Below are positions 54,248 through 64,000 of a stretch of 64,000 nt of DNA, in pieces (the first letter of the stretch is position 1; the number at the start of each line of letters is the position of its first letter). Made by a program: the position numbers and the translations under genes. The stretch spans positions 96,001 to 160,000 of the forward strand of contig OY763415.1 in NCBI GenBank assembly GCA_963667565.1. Direction: 5' to 3'. Source of the stretch: Acholeplasmataceae bacterium (GTDB lineage Bacteria > Bacillota_I > Bacilli_A > Acholeplasmatales > Acholeplasmataceae). A model generated the notes under the pieces. The model ran no database searches. It saw only the letters and a list, made by a program, of their open reading frames with translations, and had not been told where the DNA came from.

Positions 54248-54620
54248 TGATTTGATCAAAAGATATCAATGTCATGTCTATACGCCTGAGTTACTTATGG
54301 ATATGGATGTCACTTATGCTTTTTGTTCAGATTTAATGAGTGATGCACTCATTATCATGAATAGTGTTAAAGATGATGAAATATTGGATCATGCGATTTT
54401 AATCACGGGTCTTGTCACACAACAATCCATTAGAACTGCAGAAATGCTTGATGTGAATGTCGTTCTATTAGTTAGAGGAAAAATACCTTCAACAAAAGTT
54501 ATAGATCTTGCATATGAATCAAAAATCATTTTATTAAAAACAGACTATACAATGTTTAATACAAGCGGTATGATGTATCGCGATGGTATTAAAGGTATTT
54601 CATATAACGAACAATGGTAA
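54237..54620 (+). CDS. DRTGG-domain protein
   Basis: SDLMSD, LITGL, RTAEM, VRGK. Confidence 0.8.
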   Translation: MKLDDLIKRYQCHVYTPELLMDMDVTYAFCSDLMSDALIIMNSVKDDEILDHAILITGLVTQQSIRTAEMLDVNVVLLVRGKIPSTKVIDLAYESKIILLKTDYTMFNTSGMMYRDGIKGISYNEQW

Positions 54621-55030
54621 AAATAGAATATCAAATCATCGCAAGAAATTATGAGCTTGCAGGCAGAGCGTCTTCAAGCATTAAACGATACTTAAAACAA
54701 GAAAATATCGATCGTCATCTTACAAAACGCATTTGTTCAGCATCTTATGAAGCAGAAATAAATGTCGTGATTCACTCTGTTGGTGGTTATGTAGTATTTG
54801 AACATACAAATGACAAAATCGAAATGAATTTTTATGATGATGGTCCAGGAATCTTAGATATTGAACTGGCTATGACCGAAGGTTATTCAACAGCTTCTGA
54901 ATCAGCACACTTAAATGGTTTTGGCGCAGGTATGGGATTATCAAATATCAAAAAATGTGCAGATGAGATGATGATTGAATCATCAAATGAAGGTACACAT
55001 TTAAAATTGATTTTCCATTTAGGTGAATGA
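54614..55030 (+). CDS. RsbT/anti-sigma-like Ser/Thr kinase (GHKL)
   Basis: YEAEIN, DDGPGI, GYSTA, GFGAGMGL. Confidence 0.88.
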   Translation: MVKIEYQIIARNYELAGRASSSIKRYLKQENIDRHLTKRICSASYEAEINVVIHSVGGYVVFEHTNDKIEMNFYDDGPGILDIELAMTEGYSTASESAHLNGFGAGMGLSNIKKCADEMMIESSNEGTHLKLIFHLGE

Positions 55031-55031
55031 C

Positions 55032-55370
55032 ATGAAACAAATCAATCAAATCATAAGTTCAAATCAATATAAATTAATAACAATTCAAGAAACTTCAAAA
55101 AATGTATTTGAAACAGTTTATGCTTGTGACTTACTTAGTGCAGTGATTAAACATGGTTCTAAATCCCCATTGCTTATTACACAAATCGCATCAGTCACAA
55201 CCATTGGTTTATGCACCATGCTTGATTTACCAGCAGTCATCATTACAGAAGGTAAAATGTTAGATGATTTTTCTATTGAAAAAGCAAATGAAGAGAATTT
55301 AGCTGTTATATATACGCATTTAACATCAGCAGAAGTCATCATTGACTTAAAGGATAGAAACATTTTATGA
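55032..55370 (+). CDS. DRTGG-domain protein
   Basis: CDLLS, LITQ, VIITEG; paralogous to 54237-54620. Confidence 0.75.
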   Translation: MKQINQIISSNQYKLITIQETSKNVFETVYACDLLSAVIKHGSKSPLLITQIASVTTIGLCTMLDLPAVIITEGKMLDDFSIEKANEENLAVIYTHLTSAEVIIDLKDRNIL

Positions 55371-56044
55371 TTTATTATTATGATTTACACATTCACAGTG
55401 TGTTATCACCTTGTGCAGATATCTTAATGACACCAAACAATATACTTAATATGGCAATGCTAAAACAACTAGACATCATCGCAATCACCGACCATAACAG
55501 TTTGAAACAAACACCAATCTTAAATGACATATCTAAAAGTTACGATATGCTTTATATACCTGGTGTAGAAGTTACAGTGAAAGAAGGCTTTGATGTTTTA
55601 ATTTATTTAAAAAACATCGAGGATGCAATGTCATTGGATCGTTTTCTTTCAAATTTTATTGTTCATCAAGATGTAGATTTAAATAAATATAACATTCAAA
55701 CCATATGTGATATAAACGATGAGACTGAAAACATTTATCCTTATTTATTATCGGGACCATTAATGCTTACATTTGAAGATTTGCTTCACTATTTATCATC
55801 CATGGAGCATTTAATATTTTATGCTCATGTTGATAGATATATAGATAAGGTCATTGATTTTGTTAAGAAGTATCCATGTCATGGCGTTGAATACAAACAT
55901 AAAATATGTTTTGAAAATATGAATTACATCATGAATTCAGATGCCCATCAAATCATCGACATTTTAGAAAGAACGAAACATAATCAAATCGATTTAGAAC
56001 ATTTGGATATTGATTGTTTCTTTAAGGTATTCAATCATGGATGA
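55367..56044 (+). CDS. PHP-domain phosphoesterase
   Basis: DLHIHS, ITDHN, GVE, AHVD, SDAH. Confidence 0.9.
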   Translation: MIYYYDLHIHSVLSPCADILMTPNNILNMAMLKQLDIIAITDHNSLKQTPILNDISKSYDMLYIPGVEVTVKEGFDVLIYLKNIEDAMSLDRFLSNFIVHQDVDLNKYNIQTICDINDETENIYPYLLSGPLMLTFEDLLHYLSSMEHLIFYAHVDRYIDKVIDFVKKYPCHGVEYKHKICFENMNYIMNSDAHQIIDILERTKHNQIDLEHLDIDCFFKVFNHG

Positions 56045-56549
56045 TTTAACATCTTATATATTTGATTTATCACAAAATGCATTTAATGCAAACTCGACAT
56101 ATTTAAAGATATTGATTGAAAAAGATGAACAATATCGCTTAAGTCTTATTGATCATGGCAAAGGCATTAAAAAAAGTGATTTGATCAAAATATCATCACC
56201 ATTTTATACAACTAGAACAACAAGAGATGTTGGCTTAGGTATTCCTTTGATGTTGCTGCTTTGTGAACAAACTGAAGGGTCACATGAGTTTAAATCAATA
56301 AGACACATGGGAACAAGACTTACATTTGTTTTAAATCATCATCATCTTGATTTTCCTAAAGAAGGAGATTATGGCATGTTGATTGCAGATTTAGTCATGC
56401 ATCAAGATTTAAAAAAGTTAGTCTTTACATACACATGTCAAGGGCAAACCTACATATATAAATATAAGAAAAACAAACAAACAAAAAAACGAAAAGAATT
56501 GATACAAGAAATCAATACACATATAAACAGAATTGAGGGAAGACTATGA
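56037..56549 (+). CDS. Stand-alone HATPase_c (GHKL) protein
   Basis: DLSQNA, DHGKG, PFYTTR, GLGIP; no HisKA region. Confidence 0.85.
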   Translation: MDDLTSYIFDLSQNAFNANSTYLKILIEKDEQYRLSLIDHGKGIKKSDLIKISSPFYTTRTTRDVGLGIPLMLLLCEQTEGSHEFKSIRHMGTRLTFVLNHHHLDFPKEGDYGMLIADLVMHQDLKKLVFTYTCQGQTYIYKYKKNKQTKKRKELIQEINTHINRIEGRL

Positions 56550-56926
56550 AATCTTTAGAAGAATTAAAGAAATTAAGAGATGCATCGCTTAAGAAAATGA
56601 CGATGCGTTATACAAAAGATGGTTTTAGAGTACAAGTCGGTATGGCAACTTGTGGGATTGCTTCTGGAGCTAGACCTATTCTTAATGAGTTTTTAGAACA
56701 AATCGAACACCATGATTTAAAAAATGTTACCATCACTCAAGTTGGTTGCATGGGCGAATGTGCATTTGAACCTATGGCAGAGATTGTTGATGCATCTGGA
56801 CAATCATATATTTATTGTTCACTTACCATTCCTATGGTTAGAGAAATCGTTGAAAAACACATTATGAATCATCAACCAATCACTAAATATTTATTATCTA
56901 CAAGAAAGGGTGATCCTTCATGCTAG
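56546..56926 (+). CDS. hydD: Thioredoxin-like 2Fe-2S ferredoxin subunit (HydD-like)
   Basis: GMATCGIASGA and VGCMGEC-x-x-EP. Confidence 0.88.
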   Translation: MKSLEELKKLRDASLKKMTMRYTKDGFRVQVGMATCGIASGARPILNEFLEQIEHHDLKNVTITQVGCMGECAFEPMAEIVDASGQSYIYCSLTIPMVREIVEKHIMNHQPITKYLLSTRKGDPSC

Positions 56927-58731
56927 AACGTATACAATTACTTATTTGTGGTGGAACAGGATGTATGAGTTCTCATTCAAAAGAAATTAAAGAGTCTTTT
57001 GAAAAAACACTACGCACCATGGGTATCAAAGAAGAAGTTAATGTTGTACTAACAGGTTGTTTTGGACTTTGTGAAAGAGGCCCAGTTGTTATTGTTTATC
57101 CAGATGAAACTTTTTATGCACATGTCACAATTGATGATGTAGAAGAAATCTGTGAAGAACATCTACTTAAAGGTCGTCCTGTCAAACGTCTATTAGTTAA
57201 AGATCCTTCTGATAAACAAAAAATTGGCCACATGAGTGAACTTAAATTTTATGCAAAACAAAGAAGAATTGCATTAAGAAATTGTGGAAATATTAATCCA
57301 TTAGATATAGATGAATATATTGCTAAAGATGGTTATCGCGCATTAGGAGAAATCTTAGAAAGCAAATCTCAAGATGAGGTCATTGATGAAATGATTAAAT
57401 CTGGATTAAGAGGTCGTGGTGGAGGAGGATTCCCTACTGGACTTAAATGGCAATTTGCAAAACGTGCTCAATCTGATCAAAAATTTGTCATTTGTAATGC
57501 TGATGAGGGTGATCCAGGTGCATTCATGGATCGTGCGATTCTTGAAGGTGATCCGCATTCAGTCTTAGAAGCTATGGCTATTTGTGGATATGCTATTGGT
57601 TCTACACAAGGTTATATTTATGTAAGAGCAGAATATCCAGTTGCTGTTGAAAGATTAAACTTTGCAATTGATCAAGCTAGAAATTATGGATTATTAGGAG
57701 AACATATTTTTGGTAGTGAATTTTCATTTGATATTGAATTAAGACTTGGTGCTGGTGCATTCGTCTGTGGTGAAGAAACAGCACTTATTCAATCCATAGA
57801 AGGTTATCGTGGTATGCCTAAATTAAAGCCACCGTTTCCAGCTATTAAAGGTTTATGGGATAAATCTACAAATGTTAACAATGTTGAAACATTAGCAAAT
57901 ATTCCAGTTATTTTCTTAAGAGGTGCTGATTGGTTTAGATCTATTGGTACAGAAAAATCAAGTGGAACAAAAGTATTCGCACTTGGTGGAAAAATTAACA
58001 ATACAGGATTAGTTGAAGTACCAATGGGAACAACACTTAGAGAAGTTATTTATGATATCGGTGGCGGTATTCCTAATCGTCGTAAATTCAAAGCTGTTCA
58101 AACGGGTGGTCCATCAGGTGGATGTATCACTGAAAAAGATTTGGATAAACCTATTGATTATGAAACACTTACAGGACTTGGATCAATGATGGGCTCTGGT
58201 GGTATGATCATCATGGATGAAGATAATTGTATGGTTGACGTTGCTAGATTTTATTTAGATTTTACAGTTGACGAATCATGCGGGAAATGTACACCATGTC
58301 GTGAAGGAACTAAACAAATGCTTGAAATCTTAAATCGTATTTGTGATGGCGATGGTACGATGGAAGATTTGGATGAATTACAAAGTTTAGGTGAAATGAT
58401 TCAAAAAACCTCTTTATGCGGTTTAGGTCAAACTGCACCTAATCCAGTGCTATCAACATTAAAGCATTTTAGAGATGAATATGAAGCACATGTTAAAGAT
58501 CATGTGTGTCCTGCAGGTGTATGTAGCAACTTAACAAACTTTGTCATTAATGATGATTGTATCGGTTGTACTAAGTGTGCTAGAAACTGCCCAGTAAACG
58601 CAATTTCAGGTCTACCAAAACAAATTCATATGATAGATTTAGATTTATGTATAAGATGTGGAGCTTGTAAGAAAGCATGTCCAGTTGGAGCAATCACAAG
58701 CGAACCACTTAACGAAGGAGAGAGAGCATGA
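56920..58731 (+). CDS. hydB: [FeFe]-hydrogenase diaphorase subunit HydB (NuoF-like)
   Basis: GLRGRGGGGFPTG, CNADEGDPG, ESCGKCTPCREG and two C-terminal 4Fe-4S motifs. Confidence 0.95.
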   Translation: MLERIQLLICGGTGCMSSHSKEIKESFEKTLRTMGIKEEVNVVLTGCFGLCERGPVVIVYPDETFYAHVTIDDVEEICEEHLLKGRPVKRLLVKDPSDKQKIGHMSELKFYAKQRRIALRNCGNINPLDIDEYIAKDGYRALGEILESKSQDEVIDEMIKSGLRGRGGGGFPTGLKWQFAKRAQSDQKFVICNADEGDPGAFMDRAILEGDPHSVLEAMAICGYAIGSTQGYIYVRAEYPVAVERLNFAIDQARNYGLLGEHIFGSEFSFDIELRLGAGAFVCGEETALIQSIEGYRGMPKLKPPFPAIKGLWDKSTNVNNVETLANIPVIFLRGADWFRSIGTEKSSGTKVFALGGKINNTGLVEVPMGTTLREVIYDIGGGIPNRRKFKAVQTGGPSGGCITEKDLDKPIDYETLTGLGSMMGSGGMIIMDEDNCMVDVARFYLDFTVDESCGKCTPCREGTKQMLEILNRICDGDGTMEDLDELQSLGEMIQKTSLCGLGQTAPNPVLSTLKHFRDEYEAHVKDHVCPAGVCSNLTNFVINDDCIGCTKCARNCPVNAISGLPKQIHMIDLDLCIRCGACKKACPVGAITSEPLNEGERA

Positions 58732-60485
58732 GTAAAGAAGTTAAAATAAAAATTAATGACCAAGAAATCATTGCTAATGATTCTCAAACCATTTTAGAAG
58801 TTGCACAACAAAATGGATTATATATTCCAAGATTATGCTTCTTAAAAGATGTTCATGAAGAAGGAAATTGTCGTATTTGTTCAGTCAAAGTGGATGGACA
58901 AAAAAACTTAAAACCTGCATGTAAAACCAATGTTGTTGAAGGTATGAATATTATTACAAATGATCAAGAAGTTTATGATTATGTTTCTACAAACTTAGAG
59001 TTACTTGCAAGAAAACATCGTTTTGAATGTTTCAAATGTTCAAGAGAAGATAATTGTGAGTTTTTAGATTTACTTAGAAGATATTCAGTCGACAATGAGT
59101 TTTCACAAATGTATGGATTTAACACAAGTGATTACTATTATAGTGAATCCTCAGGTGTAATGGTTTTAGATAGCAGCAAATGTGTATTATGTGGGCGTTG
59201 TGTATCTGCATGTGAAAAACAATCAGGACTCGGTATCATTAACTTTAATGAACGTGGTTCAAATACATATATTGGTGCAGCTCAATTTCACCCTTTAGAA
59301 GATTCAGGTTGTATCTATTGTGGTAAATGTATTCAAGCATGTCCAACTGGTGCGATTAGAGAAAAAGATGACATCAAAAATGTTGAAAGAGCACTACGCG
59401 ATCCTTCAAAAACTGTTGTTGTACAAGTTGCACCATCTGTTAGAGCTGCATTAGGTGAATCTTTTGGATTCCCTATTGGAACAAACGTTGAAGGACAAAT
59501 GTTTACTGCACTTAAAATGATGGGTTTTGATGAAATTATGGATACAAACTTTACAGCTGATTTAACGATTATGGAAGAAGGTACTGAATTCATCAATCGT
59601 TTAAACGGTAAAGGCAAATTACCATTATTTACATCATGTTCACCAGGATGGGTCAACTATTTAGAATTATATTATCCAGAATTTATTGAAAATGTATCTT
59701 CATGTAAATCTCCACAACAAATGGCTGGAGCACTCATTAAGACTTATTATGCAGAAAAAATGAAATTAGATCCTAAACAAATCGTATCTGTATCTATCAT
59801 GCCTTGTGTTGCTAAAAAAGCTGAAGCTAGAAGAGAAGACATGGGAAGAGACGGATACATGGATGTTGATTATGTCTTAACAACAAGAGAGTTCTCAAGA
59901 CTTATTAAACGACATGATCTTGATTTAAATGATTTAGAACCATCTAAACCATTTGGTATGTTAGCAAGCTATACAGGGGCCGGTGCTATCTTTGGTGCTA
60001 CAGGTGGAGTTATGGAAGCTGCACTTCGTACAGTTTCTGAAATACTTGAAGAAAAACCAACACCAGTAGATTTTACCGCTGTTAGAGGTACTGCAGATAT
60101 TAAAGAAGCAACCATAAAAGTCAAAGGTATGGATGTTAACATAGCTGTTGTTCATGGTGGAGTCGCTATTAAAGCATTTTTAGAACAATTAAAACATTCA
60201 GATAAACAATATCATTTTGTTGAATTTATGGGATGTACTGGTGGATGTATCAATGGTGGTGGACAACCCATTGTTCCAGCAAAGATACAAGATCAAGTTG
60301 ATGTGAGAAAACTAAGAGCAGCTGTTTTATACGATATCGATCAAAAAGGTGAATTTAGAAAATCACATGAAAATCCATTTGTTCAAGAATTATATAAAGA
60401 ATATTTAGAAAAACCAAGCAGCCATAAGGCTCACAAATTACTTCATACATCATATCAAAAGAGAGAACCTTATCATGAAATTTAA
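58728..60485 (+). CDS. hydA: [FeFe]-hydrogenase catalytic subunit HydA (group A, multimeric)
   Basis: H-cluster motifs FTSCSPGW, MPCVAKKAE and EFMGCTGGCINGGGQP; N-terminal 2Fe-2S, His-ligated 4Fe-4S and 2x4Fe-4S motifs. Confidence 0.97.
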   Translation: MSKEVKIKINDQEIIANDSQTILEVAQQNGLYIPRLCFLKDVHEEGNCRICSVKVDGQKNLKPACKTNVVEGMNIITNDQEVYDYVSTNLELLARKHRFECFKCSREDNCEFLDLLRRYSVDNEFSQMYGFNTSDYYYSESSGVMVLDSSKCVLCGRCVSACEKQSGLGIINFNERGSNTYIGAAQFHPLEDSGCIYCGKCIQACPTGAIREKDDIKNVERALRDPSKTVVVQVAPSVRAALGESFGFPIGTNVEGQMFTALKMMGFDEIMDTNFTADLTIMEEGTEFINRLNGKGKLPLFTSCSPGWVNYLELYYPEFIENVSSCKSPQQMAGALIKTYYAEKMKLDPKQIVSVSIMPCVAKKAEARREDMGRDGYMDVDYVLTTREFSRLIKRHDLDLNDLEPSKPFGMLASYTGAGAIFGATGGVMEAALRTVSEILEEKPTPVDFTAVRGTADIKEATIKVKGMDVNIAVVHGGVAIKAFLEQLKHSDKQYHFVEFMGCTGGCINGGGQPIVPAKIQDQVDVRKLRAAVLYDIDQKGEFRKSHENPFVQELYKEYLEKPSSHKAHKLLHTSYQKREPYHEI

Positions 60486-61356
60486 AAAACTTTTTATCAC
60501 AATGATGGCATTATTATTAGTCGTTACTTTATCAAGTTGTGCAAAAAAAGAAGTATCAATCATCATCCCTGTAGGAACACCAACTTACGCATCAATTTTT
60601 TTAGATGATACTTATCAAATAGATACTGTACTTGGGGCTGACCCATTAGTTGCAGCATTTGGTGCTAAAACCTATGATGTTATTGTTGCTCCAACCAATT
60701 TAGGTGCTAAATTTTATGAAACATCTGATACATATCAATGTTTAGCAACCATCTCTTGGGGAAACTTATTCCTTGTCAGCCAAAATGAAATGACTTTAGC
60801 TGAATTAGATGGAAAAGATATTACAGCTTTTGGACAAAATCAAACACCTGACATTATTATGAGTTATGTATTAAGTGAAAATGATTTGACAACAAACATT
60901 ACATACTTAGCGAGTGCTACAGAAATTGCCTCTTCATTTGTTTTAAATCCTGAAGGTATATATTTAGTTGCAGAACCTCAATTAAGTGTTTTAGAAAGTT
61001 CACATACGCTTCATGCAATTGATTTACAACAAGCATATGAAGCTTTGACTGGATCTTATTCTTATCCACAAGCTTCAGTGTTTGTTCATAAAGATTTAAA
61101 TGCAACTACAATTGCAAAAATTGAAAAAGATTTAAAAGAATCGATTGATCAATTGTATAATGAAGATAACTTAAGTGAAGTAGCAACTTATATGAATTTA
61201 TCAGAAGCAGTCGCATCTAATGTCATCGATCGTTGTCATATTGAATATGTACGCGCAAGCGAAGTACAATCCGATATTGAAGCATATTTGCAAATGATGA
61301 TGTCATATAATGCAAATTTACTTTCAGAAATCCCAGGAGATTCTTTTTATCGTTAG
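60475..61356 (+). CDS. ABC transporter substrate-binding lipoprotein (NitT/TauT-like)
   Basis: Lipobox LSS-C; PTNLGAK, WGNLFLV, AEP, YPQAS. Confidence 0.82.
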   Translation: MKFKKLFITMMALLLVVTLSSCAKKEVSIIIPVGTPTYASIFLDDTYQIDTVLGADPLVAAFGAKTYDVIVAPTNLGAKFYETSDTYQCLATISWGNLFLVSQNEMTLAELDGKDITAFGQNQTPDIIMSYVLSENDLTTNITYLASATEIASSFVLNPEGIYLVAEPQLSVLESSHTLHAIDLQQAYEALTGSYSYPQASVFVHKDLNATTIAKIEKDLKESIDQLYNEDNLSEVATYMNLSEAVASNVIDRCHIEYVRASEVQSDIEAYLQMMMSYNANLLSEIPGDSFYR

Positions 61357-61365
61357 GAGCATATT

Positions 61366-62091
61366 ATGAAAAAAACATATGTGATGATTTCATCTATAGT
61401 ATCGATTGTGATGATTTGGTATCTTTTGTTTATCATCATCGGTGAACCGTTATTGATGCCTAGTTTTCATGATGTTTTAATCAGTTTGTTTCATATGCTC
61501 TTTTCTATTCAAATTATAACTATTTTACTAAGTTTATTAAGATTATTTATAGGATTTTTAATTGCTGCAATATTAGGTATTGTTTTTGGATTTATCAGTG
61601 CTAAAAACAAGTGGGCTGAAATCTTCCAAAGACCTTATGTTACCATATTAAGAACGATACCCGTTTTATCAGTCGTAGTCATATTATTTATTTTAATAGG
61701 TTCTGATATAGCAGTTTATGTCATCGTATTTCTTATGATTTTCCCACTCTTTTATCAATCGACATTAAACATTATTAAAAACATCGATAAATCTTTACTT
61801 GATGTATTAAAAATGAACGAAGGACATATCAAAGAAAGCATTAAATATGTATATTATCCAATTTTAAAAGAAGGATTGTTTGTTACCATATTTCAGTCAT
61901 TAGGTCTAGGTGTTAAAGTATTAGTCATGGCAGAATATTTGATGCAAACAAAGCATTCGATTGGACAATCTATTTATGTTGCAAAAGTTAATTTAATGTA
62001 TGCAGATGTGTATGCATGGACATTTGTTTTAATTATGATGACCATTTTACTTGAAATGATTGTGCACCATATTCAAAAAAAGCAAATGTAA
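61366..62091 (+). CDS. ABC transporter permease (NitT/TauT-like)
   Basis: SLLRL, LRTIP and KVLVMAE motifs; multiple TM helices. Confidence 0.88.
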   Translation: MKKTYVMISSIVSIVMIWYLLFIIIGEPLLMPSFHDVLISLFHMLFSIQIITILLSLLRLFIGFLIAAILGIVFGFISAKNKWAEIFQRPYVTILRTIPVLSVVVILFILIGSDIAVYVIVFLMIFPLFYQSTLNIIKNIDKSLLDVLKMNEGHIKESIKYVYYPILKEGLFVTIFQSLGLGVKVLVMAEYLMQTKHSIGQSIYVAKVNLMYADVYAWTFVLIMMTILLEMIVHHIQKKQM

Positions 62092-62111
62092 TTATATATA
62101 GTATTTTACGT

Positions 62112-62139
62112 AAGAGGAGAAGCGTTCTCCTCTTTTTTT
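62112..62139 (+). terminator. Terminator closing the hydrogenase/ABC operon
   Basis: AAGAGGAGAA-GCG-TTCTCCTCTT followed by a T run. Confidence 0.88.
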
Positions 62140-62236
62140 ACGAAAATACGAAAACGATTAAGATGAAAAATGGCTTTATGCTCGGTATTAACCATAAATT
62201 ACGAAAAAACCGCTTACATTTTCGTAAAAAGTTCGG

Positions 62237-62288
62237 TTGACACTGTTTTTTCAGGGTGATATAATTGAGATACGAAAACGATTTCGTA
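62237..62288 (+). promoter_or_regulatory. Consensus promoter with a LacI-type operator at the transcription start
   Basis: TTGACA-17 nt-TATAAT (62237-62265, with TG). Palindrome TACGAAAACGATTTCGTA (62271-62288) has a central CG. Confidence 0.85.
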
Positions 62289-62307
62289 AACATAGGAGAA
62301 AAAAACA

Positions 62308-63315
62308 ATGATTAAAATCAAGGACATTGCCGCCAAGTGCGGTGTTTCTGTTGCTACTGTAAGTAAAGCACTTAACCACAGTCCAGAAATCAGTGAGAAA
62401 ACCACAGAGTTTATCATTAAAACAGCAAATGAATTAGGTTATGTTGCTAATTCAAATGCAAGAAGTTTGAAAACGAATCGGTCGTATAATTTAGGGTTAT
62501 TATATGTCGATCCATCTCAATCTGGTTTGGAACATGAATATTTTTCTTCAATTCTTAATAGTATTAAGAGAGAAGCAGAATATTACGGTTATGATGTAAC
62601 ATTCATTAGCAACAAAATTGGAGGTTCAAAAAAATCTTATTTGACTCATGCGAAGTATCGTGGATGTGATGGTGTTATTGTCGTATCTGCAGATTTTAAA
62701 GATCAAGAAATTATTGAGCTTGTAGAATCAGATATGCCTACTGTGACGATTGATCACGTATTCAATAACAGAACATCAATCATGTCAGATAATATTAGTG
62801 GTCTTGGTGAAATTGTTAAGTATGTACATGAAAAAGGGCATCAAAAAATTGCTTTTATCCATGGAGAAGACACAACAGTTACACAACAAAGACTTGCAAG
62901 TTTTTATAAAGCGTGTGCAGAATCAGGCATTTTAGTCCCTAAAGACTATATTAAAGAAGCACTTTACCACATTCCAAAAGATAGTGGTTTAGCAACACGC
63001 CAATTATTAGAACTTGAAGACCGTCCATCTTGTATTATTTTCCCAGATGATTATTCATATATGGGAGGACTTACAGAGATTGAGAAACACGGACTAAAAA
63101 TTCCAGAAGATATCAGTGTTGTTGGTTATGATGGTATTTATTTATCTAGAATTTTAAGACCAGTATTAACTACCTATGTGCAAGACAGTAACGAAATCGG
63201 TAAAACATCAGTCTTGAAATTAATTCAAATGATTGAAAATCCTAAAACGTTTATTGCACAGCAGGTCATTATCAAAGGACATTTACAAGAGGGGCAAACA
63301 GTTAAACAACTTTAG
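62308..63315 (+). CDS. LacI family transcriptional regulator
   Basis: IKDIA...VSVATVSKALN HTH; IPEDISVVGYD. Confidence 0.96.
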   Translation: MIKIKDIAAKCGVSVATVSKALNHSPEISEKTTEFIIKTANELGYVANSNARSLKTNRSYNLGLLYVDPSQSGLEHEYFSSILNSIKREAEYYGYDVTFISNKIGGSKKSYLTHAKYRGCDGVIVVSADFKDQEIIELVESDMPTVTIDHVFNNRTSIMSDNISGLGEIVKYVHEKGHQKIAFIHGEDTTVTQQRLASFYKACAESGILVPKDYIKEALYHIPKDSGLATRQLLELEDRPSCIIFPDDYSYMGGLTEIEKHGLKIPEDISVVGYDGIYLSRILRPVLTTYVQDSNEIGKTSVLKLIQMIENPKTFIAQQVIIKGHLQEGQTVKQL

Positions 63316-63366
63316 GTAACAATCATAGGGAGTCTATGAAATAAATAAAAGGAGAAGGTTACAAAA

Positions 63367-64000
63367 ATGAAAAAAATAGTTTTATTTTTATTAACACTTG
63401 TCGTAGCTGTGGGGTTATTTGCATGTAATAATGATAATACTTCAACAACTGCTGATGAAGGTGATGTTTTAGTGATTAGAGCTTGGAATACAGAATTTCA
63501 AGATCGCTTTAGAGCATTTTACCCATCATATGTTAAAACTTTAGAAAATGGTAATGATTTACTTATCGATGGCACTGAAGTTAAATGGATTATTGTTGCA
63601 AATGATAACAATGGATATCAAACAGCTTTAGATCAAGCATTATTAAATCAAAGTAGTGCAGCAGATGATGATAAAGTAGATATTTTCCTTATCGAAGCTG
63701 ACTATGCAAGAAAATATACTGATGTTTCTGGTGATCCAGTTGCATTAGATTTAGTTGATGATTTAGGTATTCCAGAAGAATTACTTGCTGATCAATATCA
63801 ATATACAAAAGATATTGTAACTGATAGCGAAGGAAAATTAAGAGCTACTTCATGGCAAGCAACTCCAGGTTTATTTGCTTATCGTCGTTCAATTGCAGAA
63901 GATGTATTAGGATCAGATGATCCAGTAACAGTACAAAATGCAATTTCTGATTGGACTAAATTTGATTCAGTAGCTTCACAAATGAAGGCTGACGGTTATT
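63367..64000 (+). CDS. Carbohydrate ABC transporter substrate-binding lipoprotein (3'-truncated)
   Basis: Not in the ORF track. MKKIVLFLLTLVVAVGLFA-C lipobox, RBS AAAGGAG, open to the window end, downstream of LacI. Confidence 0.85.
   Translation, partial: MKKIVLFLLTLVVAVGLFACNNDNTSTTADEGDVLVIRAWNTEFQDRFRAFYPSYVKTLENGNDLLIDGTEVKWIIVANDNNGYQTALDQALLNQSSAADDDKVDIFLIEADYARKYTDVSGDPVALDLVDDLGIPEELLADQYQYTKDIVTDSEGKLRATSWQATPGLFAYRRSIAEDVLGSDDPVTVQNAISDWTKFDSVASQMKADGY

Noticed and set aside
56920..58731. NuoE/NuoF as part of respiratory complex I
   Set aside because: No membrane nuo genes; the adjacent H-cluster protein identifies them as hydrogenase subunits.
62138..62290. TACGAAAA repeats as a mini CRISPR array
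   Set aside because: Repeats are short, irregularly spaced and partly inverted, with no cas genes; they fit LacI operators.

Overview
AT-rich bacterial chromosomal segment using genetic code 11 (TGA is a stop, Trp = TGG). Gene content and order point to an Acholeplasmatales-like Mollicute; this is inferred, not searched. About 1-5.3 kb is a decaying accessory island of Rhs-type toxin-tip/immunity cassettes plus a stub of a large serine recombinase. The rest is mostly core genome on the + strand: rpsL-rpsG-fusA-tuf; tatD, a double-domain HtrA and cinA; rpsF-ssb-rpsR, a gdpP::rplI fusion and dnaB; prfA-prmC-tsaC-typA-rpiB-upp and a Na+-type F1Fo atp operon; cca-yhaM, a giant PrsA-like lipoprotein and walJ-rlmH; an aro/tyr operon; an electron-bifurcating-type [FeFe]-hydrogenase operon with an embedded kinase/phosphatase/DRTGG module; and the start of a LacI-controlled sugar ABC locus. 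The most notable unannotated element is a Phe/Tyr-rich leader peptide (47308-47361) with a complete multi-hairpin attenuator upstream of the aro operon. No tRNA, rRNA or CRISPR array was seen.
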